This document shows, one piece after another, positions 63,001-64,000 of a stretch of 64,000 nt of DNA. The stretch lies in contig JBHLMN010000001.1 of assembly GCA_048938105.1 (NCBI GenBank), positions 1 through 64,000 on the forward strand. The letters run 5' to 3'. Numbering within the stretch: the stretch's first letter is position 1; each line of letters starts with the position of its first letter. The position numbers were made by a program, and so were the translations under genes. The DNA comes from Promethearchaeota archaeon. GTDB lineage: Archaea > Asgardarchaeota > Heimdallarchaeia > Hodarchaeales > Hodarchaeaceae. The notes under the pieces are model-generated. The model did not search any database, was not told the DNA's origin, and saw nothing but the letters and a program-made list of their open reading frames with translations.

Positions 63001-64000
63001 ATAGTAGAGATATGGTGATGATTCACTCGTTGTACTTGGATTATGGCCAATTGTAGGATTGGTATTGTCTCGACTAATTAGTATTGTACATGAATTGTTA
63101 ATATTCCCAACTTGATCAGTTATAGTCAAAACAAGATTTATATTGGGCCCTATATCGGCTGAATTAATATCTACAACTGGGACATCATATGTTCTTCCTG
63201 CTTGAGTATCCTCTGTTTCATCCGTTCTTTCTGCAAGTGTTCCACCAAGATCGGAAGCAGCGCTTGCATTTTTTAAACCAGCACCAGTTCCATCACTTGC
63301 ATCGATTCCCACTGTAAAATTCGCTTCATTAAGTCCCATGTTTACTCCATACCACCATTTCGAGTTTGAAGCATCCCAATAGAGATATTCACCATATGCA
63401 GTCTCATATTGGTGTGAATAGTCTATTGTGGCCGAAGGGTTATCATTATCTTCTCGAAATTGAAAGGTTACGATATTGCTGTTGTTCACCTTATCAGTCG
63501 CTTTATAGGTCACTGTGAATGTCCCATTGTTCTTATCCCCTTGATCAATTGCATAAGTAAATGTCCAACTCGTAAGAGATCCCCCTCGTGGGGGATTATT
63601 CCCAAAGAAAGTATCATCCTCGATTGCTAATAATCCTACACCTCCATCACTTGCAGTCCCTCCTATGATGAAATTAGTATCTACAGGACCCATATTGTCC
63701 GAATAATAACCATAAGCAGCACTTCCCCCATAAAAGAGATAATCAGATGATTCACTAGTGGCACTCGGATTATGCGTAATAGTAGGATTAGTATTGTCTT
63801 CTCGAAACTGAAAAGAAGTAGTATTAGTATTTCCCACATGATCCTTGGCAGTATAGGTTATTAAAAATGTCCCATTATTCTTATCCCCTTGATCAATCTC
63901 ATAAGTAAAAGTCCAGCTGATTAAGAAACCACCTTGCGGGGGATTATTGCCAAAAGAAGTGTCATCCTCGATTGATAATAACCCCACACCCCCATCATCA
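42076..64000 (-). CDS. Giant repetitive single-pass surface protein A (>7,300 aa, 5' end outside the window) with cytoplasmic FLCN/SMCR8-like longin/uDENN domain
   Basis: Frame open to the window edge; more than 35 Ig-like repeats of ~110-120 aa; TM ~42655-42710; FFDQVKGP...YAFAVPDPEARGG. Confidence 0.9.
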   Translation of the reverse strand, partial: DDGGVGLLSIEDDTSFGNNPPQGGFLISWTFTYEIDQGDKNNGTFLITYTAKDHVGNTNTTSFQFREDNTNPTITHNPSATSESSDYLFYGGSAAYGYYSDNMGPVDTNFIIGGTASDGGVGLLAIEDDTFFGNNPPRGGSLTSWTFTYAIDQGDKNNGTFTVTYKATDKVNNSNIVTFQFREDNDNPSATIDYSHQYETAYGEYLYWDASNSKWWYGVNMGLNEANFTVGIDASDGTGAGLKNASAASDLGGTLAERTDETEDTQAGRTYDVPVVDINSADIGPNINLVLTITDQVGNINNSCTILISRDNTNPTIGHNPSTTSESSPYLYYDGSSAHGYYSDNMELTTVTFIVGGTANDADAGMQLVTDNTTTFGDNPSRGGSLSSWTFSYTIDSDDSSEGTFNIIYTATDNVGNNGTTLFEFRVDNTDPTNNHDPSTTSESSNYLYYDNVAAYGYYSNNMGSTPTDFVVGGTASDGGAGLLSIIDNTTFGTDPSNSGSLTDWIFTYSITSGDSAQHTFVIMYTATDRVGNTKPAYFEFKEDNTIPAITHNPGATSESSPYLYYEGSAAYGYYSDNMGSVDNDFIIGGTASDGGVGLLAVEDDTAFGNNPPRGGSLTSWTFTYAIDQGDKNNGTFTVTYKAIDRVNNSNIITFEFREDNTDPTIGISTSTTTEDSPYLYYDGSSTHGYYSDNMDSIDTNFVVGGTASDGGADLLSIEDDTTFGNDLPRGGTLTSWTFTYEIDQGDAGNGTFSVTYNATDNVGNFFTTSFEFREDNTDPTIDFSSSTTTEASAYLYYDGSSTHGYYSDNMGPVGTDFVIGGTASDGGAGLLSIVDNTTFGKDPGMGGTLSSWTFTYNITQGDFGNGIFRVKYTATDLVNNTAIMTFEFREDNDDPSAISIADYYDNTDNNGDGYLPTKGNTTIQAFYDDSTFNATVYRTEDGSGIYILKIKSNTTGTYGDSVTDGSNVSCPLTAETINTIWYQVVDNVGNNATSTFSPNIDVYYSTETPTGMDIDIIGTGIWTLAAPSYAWISDSSDITSGELFLGNGGDTEWSISMDSSGDWGNSGPWRVVFSEGWGIASPVNDSSPPFSSTDLSENYHSNTGAIGSITVDIINQCGLSQRVTLITTADTTGPTMASITASGNDGSPVAGWDQDGSGFSINPSPIADGASGINTVVFDVDDNSPDAYNSSDDPFVYPVDIGDDGDYTFWAVAVDKVGNYGLFNRSYEVHVDTINPKSITTNFILPDYSPNWYDQGETGFANYSISFNEVNVYSIQVVCNLNGDQASDAGQGQSSPFYSIINLDPSYTDGVTFITITIRDKAGRTNTTFTGINNITLDDTAPSATIDYTHQYEVANGQEDYIYWNGSIWWYGDDMGSSEAKFTVGVNTDDGTGVGLNYAIAAANLGGSPEDRTDDTEDTEAGRTYDVPVVNITNADSWSGSLLITVYDLLGNAGTTSITISRDIINPSSYWLILDADPKTIGYAPNTNYYDDPTVDFTVGGTATDGTGSGLPGSPYGFSYDGAAFVWQSEITKQYTMTEANHTVDLKVIDHVGNEGDNSTQWVIVDTDSPEGFTLDWDRADGAPFDNAFFDGSSIYFDSQQNDYFTVTVLNTGDINNSGFWKIEWDKNNTFGVAINDTSGLPDLKDFNYWGDKNGTFIIRIINNAGNYLEFQYDAIELVGQIIITIDSAFISESSPYLYYDGSSDFGYYSDNMGSTSVDFTVGGTVSTETGTLFIVRDDTSFGNNPLNDSLSGTSDTWSFTYSINSSDSIFNTFIITFTAFIVETSSINASDTFEFRLDNTNPSIAHNPVTTSESSNYLYYDGSSAHGYYSDNMGAVDTNFIVGGTASDGGADLLSIEDDTAFGNDLPRGGTLASWIFTYAIDQGDAGNGTFTVTYTATDNVANTAIASFELREDNTNPSIAYNPVSTSELSDYLYYDGSSDHGFYSDNMGLTLTDFIVGGDASDGSGSGLLSITDNTLFGNDPIRGGSLNAWTFTYKIDSGDSIIYDDVTITYTATDNVNNSFIDTFQFREDNTAPNVAIDLVDNPSGSPYLYIIGTYFYFSNLMDPSGVDVVINGTINDGDSGYLTVNFTTHFGDSPPEDVGTPVWEATYTIHANDLEQSYPETNIIITGVDRVNNTDIKTVTFLKDKIKPTITVIGFTEDAIKEYMHPVNETLLYYSNKSTGTPLFTVTVLAEESIPSINSGVKKASFPEIFGGDNYDNTSTKNGTSHARYWQWQYSIQPTNKTGSYTITIYDQVGNSNSADFKLHLDITKPSVNVINIIIPDSEYLYKESSTSLFYSNKHLTMHELFRVRVTVDDTESNRSHANGTIFNDQDTSSDYSNNYYQLTYWVDYNEFEGGSVAITGYDLVGNNETSYLTVKLDNNPPTPVIYYVYTTTEHLYYNSTGTKRLYYSDDQVMFADFTIQVTADDGTGAGLLNATGEAKFGETVRLDTTYDEGYNLTYQININELEPITTNITIWVFDQVGNNEIVKLLCLEDNDPPSSLLITNVIETSPFIYYDVSRKILFYSNDQPQDESFSIRITAADAKVGLKNATGEENEFNDTNINDINYLPKGYYELSYIISQSDYATEGKVVYTVYDLCGNWNTVNLTATLDNKAPQDVFIDQVIEGSNYIYLKNDSGSLTLYVSTLSLSSETFSIYINNTEPSSESGRLLANGSLYFGESPSTTSYQYVLTYSIDPGDTAFNGTSIVIETYDKVGNKNSTSLPIYVDHTPPHKTSLFFNDHESDYLHDDGTQFFFSANMLSVQTMTINGTASDGGGVGVHRIISENAFGSTFSPNYGTYWSFDYEIDSLDSEQYTTGFIRIFLIDRVNNSRQVDVPYVSDNEGPSSVNIHEITEDLLAEYLHYVSGTTAILWYSNVRTDKGPRKFTVKVTSVDTGGAGLRNASFPDIGAGFSSGGYDTNYALDFWNYSYTALNGAHNGSVTIKVWDNVANSNTTSFYLYLDNTGPKNLAFSELTEDSVFIHYTGTTLYYSNDPSIISPQIFTLKISAKDIHSGLFSGNGSYDFGEQHNTTSSDGYFSLQYGIEAGESASNNLLSINVYDNVGNNETFYLTCVNDATPPAQPTIIGIIESSCNIYYNSSTKILWYSSDQTMSDSFTIRITTSDSQSGLHKATGSLEFGSTPSDLSYTPENYYQLPYVIDTGEGTSGGITITIYDRVNNSNEYTLQVNLDDTPPKSLTIEYVDTYSSEYLYYNITLQNHTLYYSNDQEMNEQFSIFVTAHDGSGVGLFNATGENDFGDVGVSDSDYVSNYVLHYNIGQSENATNNETIIWVYDRVGNSATVNLTSVLDNDPPVLVVLHHLEENSDYLYYDETKKIFFYSSDQSMNDEFTLQLNVTERSSGVKNVTGSSDFGETTPFTTTNSTGQFWIQYTVSESETAGVDNKIIITVYDRVGNINNNYELSAILDDDPPAQIQIEGIIESSEFLYYDGTILFYSNYRTLQNEVFNVNITCEDLASGRLIVKGGTAFGEQPSSSDYTNDYYLISYTVSYEETSPTQFSVTVYDNVNNYESRPVNCTKDNFSPHSLSILDVIESSDFLYYNGSSKELYYSNQNPTMSESFTIRITCIDDDAGRLNATGEPDFGDPKPGDISYLPGNYYELDYTVDPGNIATKGYIQLFIFDRVGNNESINLVCRLDNTAPTGDIDTIIESSPHLFYNDGTERFYFSNNQGMSDSFTIRVTSTDVGINQSGRLNATGEYEFLDSGVGDTDYSTYYELVYTIDENDGVSDENVTIKLYDRVGNYLELNLTCIEDNIAPTFIHIDSVQVYNSYYLYYATSTNTLFYNNQNPMNDPVRINITASDGTGAGLRSVNGSIDFNEQHNSTEYLPSWGYSLVYYVNSGETASDNEIRFYVYDKVGNYASNKTNAFLDITEPYVAIQTVIEDSEYLHYSGGVLYYSNHTIGMHEKFTIRVIGSDSGGAGKLNATGEDDFNSFDVGDTDYTTYYELEYYVDYGGYASEGSVSIYFFDRVGNSKTTSLPCTLDNTPPSGLAIESVGENAVNLYYEPGIGLFYSNDTIGLDSEFYVIILASDPISMLQNATGSLDFGEFGFDLSYSNGYNLSYIVSYDEDVGDDEKIVIKVFDHVGNYNTINLSCIVDNTPPTITIEYPDSKVWNKTDGGVSLFGGNVFDNGGTYKSGIDTNSYAFTEFDEVISSYIGSPNQSFVNEAPGGNTWRNTFNITTIDNANVTLTVYVSDRVGNRNKYSVQVWHDDTDPSISYNWIIFLGGDDELLEAGKTTDVYYSINDNASIYFDIDFDVSGLGSPSFFSGLFSAEYQTDDGSGWYTIFDYSSDPSLIDFTDDWQILNWIDTLFNGPNTIDLRVTDEAGNVFTHNYIPGTSGFNFLLTKNGPAIATASVLGNEQYISDTTIYDWDGTDFILNFNYTSVAPLDQISIYSDQNAIIQVYNFADLQWSNDGNNYYLSNKLINYDFGTEGNRSIFIRAKDSTEWYSSWTQMWLFVDEYVPEISLSTITELNLSWTIYANAADKKLYFSDKMGNSHAGFNVTVNAVDSGSGMTGGFVHFEDFDSGAVASQDVVDTAVFWVNSLTTNGIWVQAYAVDASNRTSNVESLVQVVQDVTDPVVDIMSVIESSEFLYNVGNTMLYYSNYHVGMHELFEVRVTVDDGSGSGRVNATGTAFLETDSSTDYTAGYYSLYYFVDKDDLEGASITITGYDLVGNSATDSLPLANDNDPPDPLTIVNVDDSFSDYLYYDGTLYYSSDQSMNDPFIIYLTAIESSSGIQNVTGSFDFNEFASSFKESGGFYNLTYNVGTGESASGGKITLTVFDNVGNSKNINLSCILDDDRPEFVTIEGIIKDSFLLYYSGTTLYYSNWHSSQDEQFSINITSNDLISGLMRVDGSMAFTDSPSSSDYSQGYYLVDYTVMKDETAPEDQITITVYDQVMNSRSTTLTLQKDNTKPSISINTVVETSPYLYYNDSSKKFYFSNDQPMSDQFTIQITGSDTGGAGRFNATGEADFNDPISGDPSYLPQNYYQLNYTVDLGDPVSNGYIRIWLYDRVGNNNSIDLTCIEDNVAPSGSIEEVVESSPHLYYNSTSGEFYYSNDQVFSVSFSISVTASDNVVGASLQKIVGEDDFNNSGVFDNDYSDYYWLTYFISKSDYATEGQLELTLYDNVGNTFPINLICHRDNDPPKIDLAKMAIDEHTDYTHYLKDGTQILWYSNRMPFDIDFQITVTTNDSTFPSDSGLYRIRFPTFFNTTVFNTTNPTQTYYISNASSSSGFMTFTSFDNCGNSASTSLEVRRDNTKPKGFIISIEETPESLFVHETQDLESYNTNGFIPELWYSDNMGLSAVPVNITLNATDPGSVFAGIANITFPGIGTEGVQEVTSTTIYYSRTYTLSTSDDTTATIDFTIIDNVYNAYIVRLHVIKDTTPPTIHFTDVTDPIYDVIGTELDNDSNWYDQGVLTSGFMISSAPLDLPNGPYPKSGIYTVYLDWVSTGSPDRMGVDLGKDGDGTIFGIENDTDGIITLTLTAYDHVGNTNQTSITIQFDNTKPVYFDNTVLHQNGNISLSGQAFDAGSDVQNITIRDLSGNHFQNIISEDFADWTVNNNSAFNDITPSQNVLIELEVYDNVHNSIKYNATITYHTLSFFVLKHNIPKHVEIDDPGVWDIIIGIEYDNKIINKSNNIIDRRVNETQFVVQIAGTSMPINSLIWAPTDEHNFTLAISLPGRSAIENLTIGATFGEQLRLIWAILDSNIEVEIDYQKSDVVIYHDLEIKYEEDNVEIIETDNTDNDIMNVTLYLEKDYSPYTGNLAIENIIFTVNETQATFLGAEHLGNGYHNITIQLPQHLDTGSKDLDFVWTLGTGIYQYVVESNTSAAEKPAGIVIYHDIVIDASIPESLRVFEVDGDFYFLVNFTVTEDKGDKSYDLIDNSDLQCLIIKGQDLTYLIDNNDSTSLGNYFFDFTLTDDITPKSWVGDILVRFRIQNPISELYEWGETYIQGHDLQMTINTIETTRVGSDLHEFDPDDRTTFYITFTVQDSNGTISPVTTLNASNFVWMDLINVESANENVSLDNIVDWFDFQDPPTPGKYIIEFVLDSIQASELGLNFINLILTINDKFGHNVTNSKVDLESKDFVTLLGLEWIITPYGRFNFTEVNATLDYTFRLSVGDEITVCFKIYKLEVPGKIPTTDKVTIFWDHTPWNATDTLWYSPDESEFVNITVKSDRLSPSRPFIAYAEGNSEKQFSLAPWRFYLEWAKIQATTEAVDDNTEDDNNSVLNVNGMYDLTYSAQIYRSSKASLVKTGGVIFNINIELWQFLGGQWVSLNPFSIDHSDGSGNITSTFHNGTTKVGIIKIIDEMENIDDADGQINIQLKFSEVIKVNLDVRIADEMNEGSNKAYRFYSSYPEEYEYPGSVFSYINETADADYKATVIWTKFQVRMWAADSRIPQLTSCKIHVEAFYAHDFSIPLDGVLLTIRDNVSAAETSNNVWVNHRIKFEGITHTVNKVMFNITKDGFKDQKFGITVFEHITTKARDIRVEIIWDRVIFRISLAEPWGSLLRFNVNTHGSVQIQAYYEYDNTPFNGVITVLHDYYQNISLAPQYWNVSVPVTLPILYQDEPGDALFLIEDIVSDKWGLSVNETRLGFQVLSTTEDVPFLSLSWDRIIIKFPDETIFQPGESITISLIAEYESDHKAVTNLIYNLTKDGEMVPEIAEVNRTLKFFSDHEMYSINHTYQIIDAYDPITGLTGAYSVIKEVNPFVSISWYDTLAPILLEQTLIDFGDGTLGIGVMVTDDKPEKYFGSGIEEVTAWLTIERSPRPGRRVTLDLFTNTSSGLFYFIVISTDTTSVRDNFYYNARLNYTIQIKDKRGNTVSYEFPTKLVFDSLAPKIAFLELRYDDSSDGNLTIAINASDFWSGLETASIRFFDPTTSSWMEPHNMNYREINGTTREFWFNSIFDVGATVKYQLNVTDNFGNSGIIKGSILITDEAGPQLVDCVFKYNPFGEFSIEIEVGDNGAQIDNATLYYYIKGKGVPVSLDEVLSGGSGGSLLQSPNYLYKKTFTKKFTILDFLSSNTVQFKLSLTDSEGNERIITNSELSKFLAGLSPEGFAIPPASFELISNPFVILLIIVILLAFAYITVQRLRTIRGFDKGKIMDDLVKVADNEVWEQNDNISIGLVANFFDQVKGPVPIIVFPDKMRTSEAMLASLADRSFSTLGFVAKPEEDKHATFRFQVGGERCTVFGYAFAVPDPEARGGQENLSICFVIRPPFGNLENINKFLNELLENIRKIRELMASQADVKVVQKEMENTRNFFTRVMLLFRRKYKQEFIE
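47780..57900 (-). repeat. Intragenic type-C repeats (~25 copies of ~110 aa)
   Basis: ESSxxLYY...LYYSNDQ.M...NATG..DF...YxLxY...D.VGN...DNxxP recurs. Confidence 0.85.
57890..64000 (-). repeat. Intragenic type-A repeats (~10 copies of ~119 aa) plus two type-B repeats
   Basis: ESSxYLYYDGSSxHGYYSDNMG...GGTASDGG...WTFTY...EDNTxP; near-identical DNA at ~62044-62290 and ~63470-63728. Confidence 0.9.

Noticed and set aside
63985-63987. GTG at 63987 as the start of the giant gene
   Set aside because: It lies mid-repeat, the frame is open to 64000 and no signal peptide follows
57890-64000. Recurring DNA repeats as a CRISPR array or DGR template/variable pair
   Set aside because: Units are ~357 bp, in frame and coding; differences are not adenine-specific; no cas or reverse transcriptase gene is present
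1-64000. tRNA or rRNA genes
   Set aside because: No GC-rich structured intergenic segment or cloverleaf recognised by eye; tRNAscan-SE or Infernal would be decisive

Overview
AT-rich archaeal chromosome segment, most likely from an Asgard archaeon (Heimdallarchaeia/Hodarchaeales-like). This is inferred from RadA, Orc1/Cdc6, class I LysRS and several longin/uDENN-like domains. Bases 1-34 kb hold mostly housekeeping and accessory genes: MFS transporter, DUF169, a flavin-binding protein/MarR pair with a perfect palindromic operator, an orphan beta-class DNA methyltransferase with a degenerate second domain, a divergent AOR-family protein, a TrmB-like protein with a ~1,200-aa helical insert, YggS, DegT, ThiF/MoeB, a nuclease-XPD/DinG fusion, a solo-tnpB IS200/IS605 element plus a tnpB remnant, a GT-C glycosyltransferase, cdc6, radA, a GlmU-like enzyme and lysS. 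Bases 34-64 kb are one minus-strand operon of three paralogous single-pass surface proteins (>7,300, ~1,540 and 1,025 aa) followed by a small Zn-binding protein. Each large protein ends in a cytoplasmic domain resembling the folliculin/SMCR8 uDENN-longin domain. Two keep the 'EARG' motif matching the eukaryotic GAP arginine finger; the third has Gly there. This suggests a receptor-like, heteromeric transmembrane GTPase-regulating system and is the main candidate for a novel system. All family calls are by eye; no searches were run. No rRNA, tRNA or CRISPR array was recognised.
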